Below are positions 37,264 through 62,846 of a stretch of DNA of 64,000 bases, one piece after another. The translations under genes and the position numbers were made by a program. Numbering within the stretch: position 1 is the first letter of the stretch; every line of letters begins with the position of its first letter. This stretch comes from Chrysomallon squamiferum (lineage: Eukaryota; Animalia; Mollusca), in NCBI GenBank assembly GCA_012295275.1, contig CM022666.1:12400001-12464000 (forward strand), written 5' to 3'. Under the pieces are notes generated by a model. The model made no database searches. It saw nothing but the letters and a program-made list of their open reading frames with translations, and was not told where the DNA came from.

Positions 37264-38213
37264 TTTTTGTTGCTGTTGTTGTTGTTGTGATTATTTTGTT
37301 TCAAACCATTGCTTTGGCCGCAGGAAGCAAAGACGTCATCGCATTGTTTAATAAACATCAACCAAAAAACGTCAACATAAGTAGACGGTTTATTTTTTTA
37401 AAGTTCAGTGTGCTTAAGCAATGGCTGAAATGAATATCGACTCCGAAATGGTGGGATATGATGTAAGTGCTTCTGCACTGGAAAACTATGATTTGGATGG
37501 TGCGAAGTCAAGAAAACGCCAAAAATTCTTGGTTCGTATTTATAGTTTTATACAGCATTCAGAATTTAAATCATTTTATTGGAATCTGTTTATCAATGTG
37601 TTTATACTGATACACGCAAAATGAACTATTTTAGTTTGTTAGTTGGAACATAGAATTTGTTTTAAATTTGACTAAAGGGCTGGGTGCGAACAGAACGACT
37701 AATTTTCTTTCCCACGAAAACTGCGTTTTGAACACACTATCACGTTCCGACCGCTAATTGGTTGATGCCAATCCAATCAGTTTGGTTTCTGCAGCTTTCG
37801 AGAGAGAGAGGGAAACAAAAAATATCATGCAAACTGTGTATTTAGTTTGAAATTGAACAACAATTAATTATTATAAAAAACAGACATAATGTTTTACCGT
37901 AGTCTAAATTATAAAACTTTTAATTTCGAATTTTGTTAAATATTATGTAATAATATAATGTAATACAATACAATATAATATAATATAATATAATATAATA
38001 TAATATAATATAATATAATATGATATGATATGATATGATACTATATGATATTAACTGAGTATACAAATTGATCTAATTACGTTCTCAGAGTAAAAGCTGA
38101 AATAGAACGAATGCAACAGGTCAATTATTTGTTATTTAATTGCTTAAAATGTGTAACAGACGTTGTGTGATGAGGACTTCAGACAGATTTTACTGGTGAG
38201 TTTTTGTTCCCTC

Positions 38214-38629
38214 AAATGTTACAGGTGATGAAGGTTGGTATGTAAATGTTGAAACATTCTGATTGTAAACGCTACAGGTGATGAAGGCTGATATGTAAAT
38301 GTTGAAACATTCTGATTGTAAATGTTACAGGTGATGAAGGCTGATATGTAAATGTTGAAACATTCTGATTGTAAATGCTACAGGTGATGAAGGTTGATAT
38401 GTAAATGTTGAAACATTCTGATTGTAAACGCTACAGGTGATGAAGGCTGATATGTAAATGTTGAAACATTCTGATTGTAAATGCTACAGGTGATGAAGGC
38501 TGATATGTAAATGTTGAAACATTCTGATTGTAAATGCTACAGGTGATGAAGGCTGATATGTAAATGTTGAAACATTCTGATTGTAAATGCTACAGGTGAT
38601 GAAGACTGATATGTAAATGTTGAAACATT
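38214..38629. repeat. 53-bp minisatellite, about 8 units
   Basis: Unit ACAGGTGATGAAGGCTGATATGTAAATGTTGAAACATTCTGATTGTAAATGCT, starting at 38221, 38274, 38327, 38380, 38433, 38486, 38539 and 38592. Confidence 0.95.
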
Positions 38630-38741
38630 GTCACTGAGTGTGTAAACGTTACAGATGTTTATATTTTTCAATACAATTCTGAATTTAAAAAGGTGCATCT
38701 CTGTATATATATACATACATATATATAAATACATATATGTA

Positions 38742-38808
<67 letters not shown>

Positions 38809-38892
38809 GTGTGTATGTGTGTGTGTGTGTGTATATGTATACGTTTGCATAACGTAGCATTAGAATATTTATTCTGGACATCGTTATTTTAG

Positions 38893-43377
<4,485 letters not shown>

Positions 43378-43410
43378 ATTCTGAGTTCAGTTAGGAAAAT
43401 AAAAGAAAAC

Positions 43411-43441
<31 letters not shown>

Positions 43442-44628
43442 CATATGAACAATGACTGGTAGTCCGCTCGCGGCAGAAGTCAAAAACTTGAAATCACTGA
43501 AATTTATTATTATTATTTATTTATTTATTAAATAAATAAATAAAACATTCTTTAAAAGTAATCTTTAACAAAAACAATTAACTTCAGCAGGGGTTCTGTT
43601 GTCTTTTGTAGAGCACATCGACCTCTAGGTAATACCAGATTAATGGGTGTCAGTTCATGTTTGTCTAGTTCTGATACACGGACAACAGCCACTCTAAAAC
43701 CAATACCATACTAATCTGTCTGTAATCATTTCTACCTCTTATGTTAACTAGAACTAATTACATTGTATAAAACTCTCTATAAAAATCCTTTATGCATACT
43801 CAAGACATTAATAATAATTAAACCATAAGCACATTAAATACATGTATACATGCACTTCCTGAAATTGTTATTGATACTTGGTTATCTTGATAACATAAAT
43901 ATATCACTCAGACATTCAAAGAAAAGAATAACTTTTTTGATAAAAACACAATTACTAGCACATGTAAACTAAGAGTTACACATAAATATAAGACATGCAG
44001 TATTGTAAGTAGTGACGTCAGTAACACTCATCCCACATGACCAGTGTCGCCACCTGAACAGAAATAATACGTATCAGCTGTGTTAACTGAAGAAAAAAAA
44101 TCAGTTTATTAATCATGTTTATTTTTAAATATATTTTCATGAGAAAACTAATACAAATCCCATTAATTTATTACAAATTGTGACCACTGTTACTTAAAGT
44201 AATGCCAACACATTTAATACATTGTGCGCTAGCATATTCAAATTAAATTAAAGTCCACTAGTAAAATATAATTATTGTCTCATCTTTAATATGTAATATT
44301 TTAATTATCCCTTTTCAGTAGACATATTAAAATGAAAGCAGCAAATCTAAATTAATTACTGATCTTAGCAGATCTGTAGCACATAAGTGAAAATTAACTG
44401 TTAATCAAATATAAAAATGCTTACCTTCACTAGCAATTGTTTAAGGTCCTGCAATGTCAAAGGCCACAGTTCAAAGATCTCTGAGAATGTTCCCATTAAA
44501 TTCCAGACAGCAGTTGCCATATATGGTCATGTCACGTGACTATACAGTCCCAAGTGCTAACGAAACCTCTTAATCTATCTTGCTAGCAATTGCTCACCAT
44601 TAATTACTTTATAACATTATATACTGGC

Positions 44629-45117
44629 CTTTATACAATAAGAAGCAATGGCTATTATTTCTATATTATAGTAAATACTGGTGTTATTTCCCTTGTTCCT
44701 CCAGCCTCGTTCTCTGCAGATTTAGCTTTATACAATAAGAAGCAATGGCTATTATTTCTATATTATAGTAAATACTGGTGTTATTTCCCTTGTTCCTCCA
44801 GCCTCGTTCTCTGCAGATTTAGCTTTATACAATAAGAAGCAATGGCTATTATTTCTATATTATAGTAAATACTGGTGTTATTTCCCTTGTTCCTCCAGCC
44901 TCGTTCTCTGCAGATTTAGCTTTATACAATAAGAAGCAATGGCTATTATTTCTATATTATAGTAAATACTGGTGTTATTTCCCTTGTTCCTCCAGCCTCG
45001 TTCTCTGCAGATTTAGCTTTATACAATAAGAAGCAATGGCTATTATTTCTATATTATAGTAAATACTGGTGTTATTTCCCTTGTTCCTCCAGCCTCGTTC
45101 TCTGCAGATTTAGCTTT
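44629..45117. repeat. 97-bp perfect tandem repeat, 5 units
   Basis: ATACAATAAGAAGCAATGG... recurs at 44633, 44730, 44827, 44924 and 45021. The unit is homologous to the single-copy 3'-flank sequence at about 5075-5185. Confidence 0.95.
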
Positions 45118-46031
45118 TTTCAAACAAAAACGATAAAGCTTACATCAATCAATAAAAACAGGTTTTCTACATAAGTGAGATGATCTAAATTCGAATTAAG
45201 CTCAAGAACAAGGTCTTCTATTTGGCTATCAGTTCTTCCTAAAATGTATATTATATTATATTATATTATATTATATTATATTATATTATATTATATTATA
45301 TTATATTATATTATATTTAAGAAAATTCAAGACAAATAGTTTTATAATTAGGACGACGATAATTTGTATTCAACTTCAAAATAAATACACCGTTCGCGTG
45401 ATCTCTCTATCTCCCTGTCTCTCTGATCGCATTGGCATCACCAAATCAGCGATCAGTACTTGTCAGCTTGTTAAAAACGCGGTTAGATGTGCCGTTCACA
45501 TCTATAACTTTAATACCTACTAAAAACTATTTTAAAAAATCGTATAATCCAACTAATAAACTAAAATAGTTCATTTTGCATTTGTCAGCATAAACATATT
45601 GTTAAAATTAAATAGATTCCAATAAAATCATTTAAATGCTGAATTCTAAATAAATTATAAATACGGACCATTATGTTGTTCTTGTTCAGTAAACGAAGCT
45701 TTTCTCGATTTCTTGGCAATTCGCGGTTTTCGGATGAACTACTTCGCACGATCTAAATCATACTTTTCCAGTGCAGAGGCACTTACATCATTTCCCACCA
45801 TTTCTGAGTCGACATTCATTTCAGCCATTGCTTAAGCACCTTGAACGTTAAAAAAAATAAAGCGTCTATTTATGTTGACGTTTGTGAGTTGTTGTTTTTT
45901 AAACAATGCGATGACGTTATTGCTTTGTGCGGTCAAAGCATTGGTTTGAAAGAAAAGAATAACAACAACAACAACAAAAACAAAAAAAATCAATCTTTTA
46001 TTTATCTTATTATTATTATTGTAGATGTTGC

Positions 46032-46101
<70 letters not shown>

Positions 46102-46192
46102 TTAGTTCTTTTAACGTATCATATTTATTTATTTGCGAAAAACATTGAAGACTTATCCAGACAAATTTCCATTGTAATAATAATAATAATAA

Positions 46193-46223
<31 letters not shown>

Positions 46224-47056
46224 AAGAAGAAGAAGAAGAAGAAGAAGAAAAAGAAGAAGAAGAAGAAGAATAGTAAGCAATAATAATAATTTATTTTTTA
46301 CATACACACACTCATAAACACACATCGAAACACATATACATACACACAGACATACATATTCATGACAAATACACACATGCACACTCATACACACACATAT
46401 ACAAACATGCACACACAGACACACATGCACAGAGACATACACAAACATGCACACACAGACACACATACACACACACACACATATATATATACACACACGC
46501 ATAGACACACATACATAACGTTACTTGTCTAAACGTTGTAAACTTTATGTATTGACTAATCCATTATTTGAAAGATAAATGATTATTTATTTTTTCAGTG
46601 TAACTTAATATTTTTTTTTAACATCTCTCGGAACTTACTAAATGTGTACTGAAATTTTGTTATATTGTGTTTCCTTTCTTTTTTCTTTCTTATTTAATAT
46701 CTAATTTATTGAGATTTATACCTCTGTTTGAATTTAGAAAACCTGATATAAATTTGTAATCAGTGAAAAATAAACTTATAAAATAAAATTCTACAACCAG
46801 TCAGCATCTAAGAATCTGTGCCAGAATTATAATTAACAAGTTAATCAGTTTTAATTAGTTTTAATTAGTTTTAATTCAAATTTCTGAATTATCGTTCATA
46901 TGAATGGAGTGTAAAGCCCTGATTTTTCTGTGATGATATTCTAGTTAAAATCTTCATCAGTGATGGATTTAATAGATCGGATAATCGCGTATATCGAACA
47001 AATAACATCATCAAAAATAAAATGACAGTAACAAAACAACAACCACGAAACTGTCG

Positions 47057-47168
<112 letters not shown>

Positions 47169-47446
47169 TTTCATCTAAACCTTGTATTCTGCTTTCATAC
47201 AAAACTTTTGACACTGCAAAAAAAAAAAACAAGAAAAAAAAGACTTGTAGATTTAGCGGGTCATATTTTGATTAAAGAATTTCAAGTCGAGATGGAAGTT
47301 GTCCCCATTGAACCCTCCTGCTTTCGACGCCCATGACTGCTACTGTACATTTCTTTTTACACTTCTTATCGTATGCAAATATCAAGCAAACCACAAGTTA
47401 AGTTTTTTATCCACTTTATTCATGTCTGTTTTATTTATTTTTTAAA

Positions 47447-47479
<33 letters not shown>

Positions 47480-47595
47480 GTTCAGTGGTTTCAAGTTTTT
47501 GTACAGTCTGAGTAGTTTTGGCTTCTGCCACCAACTGACCTGTTGATCATAGACCACCAATACTATTTTTGAATTCTCCTAGTTCAACTCAGAAT

Positions 47596-53864
<6,269 letters not shown>

Positions 53865-56449
53865 TGTTCCACAGATATTTTCATTGAACAGTCTCCAAGC
53901 ACTGCACTACCTTTAAATCTGTTTCTTTATGTTATAAGATATCTTTGTAATAACGAAAGGCGGAATATTTAAAACTCTATGCTGAAATTTAAATTAGTCT
54001 ATAAAAACATTCAGACGTAAAAAGAATATCTTTTATTGCTAAGCAGCATCGTTAAATTAAATTAATCTATGAAAATGAGAATTTTAATAAGTGTAATATA
54101 AACAAAAGATTGTTTAATTTCTTTTACGGTGTAATTAAACCGAATTAATTACAATTATTTTCAAAGACATTTTAGTATATGTTTATATTAATTTATTTTA
54201 TTCTTAAAAGACAATTATTTTCTTTGCTAATATTCCTCCCTGAATGCCTTTTTATTGCAATTATTATTTTAAAAAAAATAAAACTTTAAGAAAATGGAAG
54301 ATAATTTTATTTTAATTAATTTCTTAGCACGTACTCCATATTAGATTCATCCTCTTTTAATAACTAAACAGTTACGAACCTAAAGGTCACATGAAAAAGT
54401 TAACAAAGGGTGGAGTTTGTGTTTTTTATTTGTTCGGAACAGAATTAAACGCATATTATTATGATATAGTTTTAATTGCGAACCACCGCGAACGAGCTAT
54501 CCCAGGTGTCAGTGCAAGCAGCCATTTTCTTTTCTTAGATAGTAGCAGCTAACATGATATAGCTGCTACTTTGTATAATTGTTTTAAGAAACACAGAATA
54601 CCTTCTCCATAAGCAAACTTTCAAAATCTTTCCGTATATTTCTTTGTTGCAGTATTCTTTTTCTTTGATAAAATCAAATCTTCAGTTTTGTATTGTTTTA
54701 TAAAAAAAGTACGTGTAGTTGCTGGTAAGGCGTTAGTCTGACGTCTGCTGTGTCCCAGCTGTTGCCAGTTCTTGTACTTGTATGTTCCTAATATGAACAT
54801 AAATGAATCCCTGCTGCAGACCAACACTAGACTGTTGTGAGTTCATCAGTCATTAACTAGAGACAACTAACATTAATTATTTGTATCACCATACATACAC
54901 TCTGCGTTTTAAAACTGGATCACCTATAAACATACTTACATGGACTGTCAAAATATGTTTCATCTACTAGTTCAGCATCATTTACCCTAAAATGTCTGTT
55001 GAATAAACGGAAATAAAAATATGCTTTTACTGTTTATCAGTTATGCTTTTCCTCATCTCTTTTCTTATTAATCTGACCTAATTCTATGCATGACGACATA
55101 TAAATGTGTACTAAAACTGAATCGAATACGTCGTTAAAGAAACCATTGCTTCTTAAATGTTTGATGTTTAGAACTACAAATATAACTTTTATATATACAT
55201 AATTTTTTTAGTTTCTGTATAATTATCATTGTTTTATTTATACATCTTATTTTAAATAAATTTAGGTAAATTCTGGATTTCTTCAAACGTGATATTTTCT
55301 CCTGAATAGAAACCAGATATTGCGTATTTAAACAAAATTTTCCGGTTCCGGTAAAACATATAATTTGGGATATTGTTTCTTCATAATAATATACAGTTTT
55401 GTGAGACAAAAAATTGTGTATTCCGCAACAATTACGGCTATTGCTAATTCATGTTATGAATTAGAGACTTAAACATATACACATATATACATGCATACAC
55501 ATATACAAATATACAATACAAAAACACTATTACAGATGAACACAAACACACAGACGTATCGTTTTGTTGCAAAGGCACAGGACTGCGCTTTGAAATATTT
55601 TTATTTTAAAAATATTTTACGTCCCTTACTCAGCGGCCCCAGCTCTCGCATAGTAAATGTTCCTTTTACTTCTTTTTATTTTCTGACTCGGATTAACATG
55701 TTTTGAGTGGCTCAAAGAGTTAACAATTCCGTTAGCTTTTTTATATACCTTGACGTGTTTCCACCAGACTGACATAATCAGTAAGTTAATTTCATCTGTT
55801 ATCGTCTATACGAAAAGATCTTTATACTACTACATTTTGCATTATCTCAAGTAATAATCATGTACATATGTCACTTTTGAAAACAGATTCCCAACCGATG
55901 ATCCGCGGAAAAGCAAGAAGAAAAAACGTTTTTTTAAGTTGAACGATTTACTGACACCAGTCATGAGATTCCGAAAAGCCGTTTCTGTGTTAAACCTTTA
56001 CGTCCGACTATCTGACAAAACGAAAAGACAGAAAGCCAAATCAACAAGACTGTTTTCTACATCTGCCGTACAGTTTCTCTTCTTTTTTTTTTATTCACAG
56101 TTAACTGAATTACAGATAGTTAAAGAATTTTATTGTTTTAGTTCCATGTTGCCTTACTGCCTAAAAACGATGAATTAATGTAAAACTGAGGTAGGATTTT
56201 GGGTTAAAAAAATCCTGTCTACACAAAAAAAAAAAAAAAAAAAAAAGAAGAAAACCACGAGTTAAACCTCAAGGATACGCTGTAACGAACAGAAAAGAAT
56301 GTGTTATGATAAAAACACAATTATCAGCACATGTAAACTAACAGTTACACATAAATATAAAACATGCAGTGTTGTAAGTAGTGATGTCAGTAACACATCC
56401 CACGACCAGTGTCGCCACTGAACAAAAACAATATGTATCAATTGTGTCT

Positions 56450-56904
56450 ATGGAACATTCTATGCGAATACAAATTTCAAGTCTGAAGTAGCCACAGTAT
56501 TAAATGACCCAGTTGTGATTGATGAGCTTTTAAAGTGCGGACCCTATAGCCTAGAGATCGTCAAAGGTCTGCCACCCGGGTATAATTTCACTAAAGGTCT
56601 TACTCCGGTAGAATGTAAAGGAACCGATCGGTTTGGAAATACGAATTTCTGCAAGATCGTTCTCAATGTTACCAGTATGTATTCTATATTAAGAAAAATA
56701 AATTATTGCTTCCTGCAGAAAAAGTTTCTAAGTAATTTCATAAATAATATATTTAAAAGCTTTATTTATATTTTATTGGTTATGTGACTTTTAAAGAAAA
56801 ACAAAAATTAAAAACAACCCAGAAAACATTTAACTTTTTATGTTATTTCTTTGGCTTCAGTGAATTTAGAGTTTACTATTATTATGATTGTTGTTCTTGT
56901 TGTT

Positions 56905-56984
<80 letters not shown>

Positions 56985-57308
56985 GAAGAAACTTCAAGTC
57001 CGAAGTATCCTAAAGTATGATATGGCCCAGTAATTGATGAGCAAGTTCATTCTCAATGTTACCAATTAGTATTTTATATTTATTTTAAGAAAAAATGATT
57101 ATTACTTCTTGCAGAGGAATGTTTCTAAGAATTTCATGAATAATGTATTTAAAAACTTTATTTATATTCTGCTGGTAATGTGATCTTTAAAGAAAAAGAA
57201 GAATTAAAAACAACCAGAAAACATTTAACTTTTTATATTGTTTCTTTTGCTTCACTGAGTTTCGACTTTACTATTATTATTGTTGTTATTGTTATTGTCG
57301 TGTTATTA

Positions 57309-57385
<77 letters not shown>

Positions 57386-57586
57386 TCAGCACTATACTGC
57401 AACAGACCAAAGTTTAATGATAGGTTTGTTATAATACACTGTCATGATGGTTACAGTGTGGGGTGCTGGTGCTACCTCACATGCAAATTCCATTTCAAAC
57501 TGAAAGGAGCCGATCATATTCAGTGTCGTTCAGACCAAGAGCATTCTGGAGTAGTAGCCAAAGACAGACTAAACCCACGTGTGCAG
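56450..57586 (+). pseudogene. Orphan partial exon 6 plus deleted exon 7 fragment
   Basis: Partial HYR2 exon 56450-56674 fused to the 150-bp repeat. The exon 6 end and intron 6 are duplicated at about 57045-57385. Exon 7 (57390-57586) has an internal deletion. Confidence 0.85.
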
Positions 57587-58049
57587 GTAGGTACGAAGAA
57601 ATCTCGTATTTGTTACTACGTTTATAATCAATTATTCCAGTTTTGCAGAAATACGTTTCCTTTCACTTGCTGATGTACATCTCCAAATGTCTCACTCTTT
57701 ATTACTACTACAACTACTACTTCAATTATTATTATTATTGTTATTATTGTCGTTGTTGTTGTTGTTTCACACAGACATCGCAGGAGAAAGTTTGACATTT
57801 TTTAATATGAACTCGGATTAACAAGTTTTGAGGGGCTCATAGAGTTAACAATTCCGTTTGCTTTTTTATATACTTTGGTGTGATTGCACCACACTGACAT
57901 AATCAGTAAGTTAATTTCATCTGTTTTCGTCAATATGAAAAGATAATTATACTATTACGTTTGCATTATCTCAAGTAATAATCATGTAGATATGTCACTT
58001 TTGAAAACAGAAATAAAGCCTCAATTTGGGCTATGCAAGTGAGATGCAA

Positions 58050-58380
58050 CCTTTTGTTGTTACGTTTTTTGGCAGTCTGGAAAAATTATTTTCTTTTTTC
58101 TTCATCTACTTCTCGTTGAGAAGTGTTAAAATCCTTTGTTACATTGCACTGTGAAAAGACAGTTTGAAACAAGATGGAGTTCCAGACATGATGCTGTGCA
58201 AGTAATCCACGAAGAGTGTGACAACGTTATTGCAGACCTTCAACACCTGCTGGAAGGAGAATGTTCAAGTGAAACCAAATCTGATGCAGGATCGCTACTG
58301 AACTCTATTTAATAGTTCCCGTTTATAACTTTATTAAGTTTTTGGAACCCAGTTTTATCATCAGTGGAGAAAGTTTCAAT
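58050..58380 (+). mobile_element. hAT transposase fragment (duplicate of 23196-23510)
   Basis: Near-identical to the 23.2 kb copy, including ETRWSSRHDAV. Confidence 0.75.
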
Positions 58381-59282
58381 GAATCGTAATAGCTTTTGTC
58401 TTCAAAAATGTTTCTCAACAACAGATTGTTGAAGATATCGTATTTTTAAACAGGTATATGAAAATTAATTAATTGTAATTGGCCCTAATAATAATAATAG
58501 ATGGCTATAGATAGATTCCTATATATACATACTCATGTATGAGAGATAAAAATATAAACACTCACGGTTAAAGTTTTTATGTTTGGCATAGTAAAGCAAA
58601 TTTCACAGCTGTCTTTACTTCTTAGTTTACCAGGCCGTGCGTTTGACATGATAACGTATTGCTACTGGTATAATATCAGAGATATTACACAGACTGTAAA
58701 ATTATAATTGTAACCAAAATCCTACCACAGTTTTACATTAATTCATCGTGTTTAGGCAGTAAGGCAACATGGAACTAAAACGATAAAATTCTTTAACTAT
58801 CTGTAATTCAGTTGCCTGTGCATAAAAAAAGAAGAGAAACTGTACGGCATATGTGGAAAACAGTCTTGTTGATTTGGCTGTCTGTCTTTTCGTTTTGTCA
58901 GCTAGTCGGACGTAAAGGTTTAACACAGAAACGGCTTTTCGGAATCTCATGACTGGTGTCAGTAAATCGTTCAACTTAAAAAAACGTTTTTTCTTCTTGC
59001 TTTTCCGCGGATCATCGGTTGGGAATCTGTTTTCAAAAGTGACATATGTACATGATTATTACTTGAGATAATGCAAAATGTAATAGTATAAAGATCTTTT
59101 CATATTGACGAAAACAGATGAAATTAACTTCCTGATTATGTCACTCTGGTGTAAACACGTCAAGGTAAATAAAAAGGCAAATGGAATTGTTAACTCTATG
59201 AGCCACTCAAAACATGTTGATCCGAGTTCATATTAAAAAATGTCAAACTTTCTCTGGCGATGTCTGAGTGAAACAACAACAA

Positions 59283-59319
<37 letters not shown>

Positions 59320-59965
59320 AATAATATTTCAGCAAGTGAAAGGAAAACTGGAAAAATTGATTATAAGCTGAGAAAGAAAAAGAGTCAGAAAATAAAAAGA
59401 AGTAAAAGGAACATTTATTATGCGACAGCAGGGGCCGGTGTGTAGGGAACATAAAATATTTTTAAAATAAAAATATTTCAAAGCGCAGTCGTTGCCTATC
59501 CAACAAAAGGATATATGTTTGTGTCTGTGTGCGTGTGCCTGTATGTATGTATGTATGTACGTATGTCATTATATATATATATATTATGTTGTGTACGTAT
59601 GTAATCATGATTTTGTATTGTGTATTTGTCTATGTATATGTATATGCGTATAGTATATATGTATGCATATTTAAGTCTCCAAGTCATGACATGATTTAAC
59701 AATAGACTTATTTGTTGCAGAATACACAAAACGATTTGAAAAAACTGTATACGTATTATGAATAAAGAATTTGTATGTTGTACCGGACCCGGAGAATATT
59801 TTTTAAATACGCCATATTCGATTTCTACTGCAGAAAATATCACGTTTAAAGAAGTCCAGAAGTTACCCAAATTTCTTTAAAGTAAGATGTAGGAATAAAA
59901 CAAATGTAATTATACAGAAACTTCAAAGATAATTATGTTTTATTTAACGACGCATTCGATTCAGT

Positions 59966-61057
59966 ATCTCCATGAAACTCGACCCTCTGCATAACGTTGG
60001 AATGCCCCGTTTTCCCAGAGTATTATGGGAACAGTGTTCTAAAAATAGATACAAATTCCAACCAGATATTCCTTCATTTATTGCACCCCCCTGTGAGAGA
60101 GAAAAAAATTAAGATAGCGTCGCCCATGAATTCGTGACATTGTTTACCTCCGTTCATTGAGTTTTTTGCCCCCTGAGAGATTTAAATTTTCGAAATCACG
60201 CCGACTTATCGTGGAAAGAAAACCAGTAGAAAACATAAGTTTGGGAAGCGGAAGCTATCTCGTAAACAACAATTACCATCTGCACGAGGAACCAAGAGAG
60301 ACTGCCGAAACAAGCGAGGTCATTAAGGAAATGGAATCAATGGCTACTGGAGATTGGCAAGCACCAGGATCTTCCCCATCGATTTTCAAAAGGAAATTGG
60401 AACATGAAGATCGAGGTCATCCTCCATTTCTTACTGATGACAACTGTCTTTTTCTGCAGGTGACGAGTCTGAAAAAAATGTGTCGAAAATGTTCCATGTT
60501 TAAACTCCTCGTGTCATGGATCTTTAACTAACTGTCATTGTATGTGATCATTTGAAAAGCCCTGTTGTAAATTTGCAGACAGTTTGTGCCACTTGTGAAA
60601 AGGTGCGGAATGAGACATTGTTATCAAATCATGTAGGTGGCCAGGCAAGCAGATTTCCTTTCATCACCATCAGACCAAAAACCACATCATGATCATTGTC
60701 CAAAGGGTCCTTCCAGTGGGTGTTTTTATCAGTGAGCATTGGCTGTAGGTGAACAAGCAGGCAACCGTGCTGAAAATGTGGGAACACCACTGTCAAAGGA
60801 AGTTGAGCAGTTTGTTAAGACAGTCTATATTCGACTTGGCGATAAAAATCTGTTGTGTCGATGTCTGAAAGGGAAACCCAAAGACAGACTTTGTGGGAAA
60901 ATTAAGGGTGGACAGTTGGGTTGCAATGGCAGTGACTGAATTAAACGAGGGCTGTGAAAAATGGTGTATTACAGTAACTAATGGGGATTATTACCACCAA
61001 GTTTCAATTCTATAAGCACAACAAATTATGATTTTGTTTCTGGCCTACCTTCTCCCC
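59966..61057 (+). mobile_element. Deleted DNA transposon at a TTAA site, Kolobok/Mutator-like transposase relic
   Basis: The empty site TTCAGTTTTAATACAC is seen at about 26124-26140. The right end is ...CTCCCC|TTAA (61058-61061). Residual HHDHCPKGPSSGCFYQ*ALA...YIRLGDKNLLCRCLKGK motifs are present. Confidence 0.55.
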
Positions 61058-62033
61058 TTAATACATATTTATATGTCGTCATGCATAGAATTAGGTCAGA
61101 TTAATGAGAAATGAACTGAGGGAAAGCATAATCGCTTAATACCAGAAACTATATTTAAATAATTATATAAACAATAAAAAATCTCAAGATTTACTTTTTA
61201 AAAGAAATACGAATATCGTATCTGCAATATAGAAGTAAATGGACTGATTTTGAAAGTTTGCTTATAGAGAGATCACACTAAAGTATTCTGTGTTTCTTAA
61301 AACAACTCTACAAACTAAACGATTCATTTACTTATTTGTTAATACATTTGTTTTCTATCTAAGAAAAGAAAATGGCTGCTTGCACTGACATCTGTGATAG
61401 TTCGTTCGCGCACAAAACTCCAATTAAAACTACATCATAATAAAATACGTTTAATTATTTTCAAAACAAATAAAAGGCACAAACTCCACCCTTTGTTAAC
61501 TTTCACATGTGACCTTTAAGTAAGTAACTGTTTAGTTCGTAAAAGAGGATGAATCTAATATGCACCACGTGCTAAGAAATTAATTAAAATAAAATTATCT
61601 TCCATTTTTCTAAAGCTTTTTATGTAATAATTGCAGTAGAAACACATCCAGGGAGGAATATTAGCAAAGAAAATAATTGTCTTTTAGATATAAAATAAAT
61701 TAATATAAATATTAATTAAAGTGCCTTTGAAAATAACTGTAATTAATTCGGTTAAATTGCATCGTAAAAAGAAATAAAACAATCTTTTATTTATATTACA
61801 CTTATTAAAATTCTCATTTTCATAGATATTATACTAAAGTTAATTTAAAGATGTTGCTTAGCAATAAAAGATGTTTTTTTTACATCTGAATGTTTTTATA
61901 GACTAATTTAAATTTCAGTATAGAGTTTTAAATATTCCGCCTTTCGTTATTACAAAGATATCTTATAACATAAAGAAACATTTAAAGGTAGTGCAGTGCT
62001 TGGAGACTGTTCATTGAAAATATCTGTGGAACA

Positions 62034-62794
62034 ATGGCAGAGGTTTGTATCATTACTAAATTTTCCTTCAAAATAGTATAGCCTTATTCTGCTTTTATCA
62101 TCGAATGAATTGATAAAATTGAAGCCTATTTGTATTATGCTTTATTTGTAGGTATCTGGAAAATCTGCGGTTTTCGTTATCATCTATTTACTTTGTCTGA
62201 CGTTATCATCGAATGTCCCAGTTAACAATGATTGTAAGCGATGTGGAACAAACGAAACGACGTGAGTATTATGTTGAATATAACAATTCTTTACTGAGTA
62301 TTTAGTGCTTCGTTCATAATGATTTTAAATATTATTTTTACAAAATATTTGGTAACAGCCATTACACTCGTTTACTGGTTTCGTAACGTCCACGTGTACA
62401 GTGTCTATTGAACGTTATATTTTTCTGACAACGCTAGACGTAACTGTTGAGCAATCCACTACTTCAGTGATTTAAAACATTATACATCTAAAAATAAAAA
62501 AATAAAGCCGAACAAAACAAAATTACATTTTTGAATGTACTGATATTTAATTATGCAGTAAATGAAGCATGTCTAGTATTCACGCACACAAACACGAATA
62601 CATCTTACTCAAACACTACGTATAAACAAATAACCATGAAGCATTTCACTTAGGTGACTTATTTTTAGCATCACTCTGCCTACATTTGTTTCAGATGTCC
62701 GCCTGGTTGTTTAGACTACAACATGACTATCAAACACAGAAACTACTACACACGGTAAAGCGATTTCCTTTTTTTGTTTCAAATGTCCGATTTA

Positions 62795-62846
<52 letters not shown>

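Noticed and set aside
38214-38629. CRISPR-like array
   Set aside because: Units are contiguous near-identical 53-mers with no unique spacers, no cas genes and a eukaryotic context.
55939-56178. Repeated ORF MNDLLTPVMRFRK (also 58738-58974 and about 24930-25160)
   Set aside because: TTG start, no splice or domain evidence; part of the duplicated upstream block.
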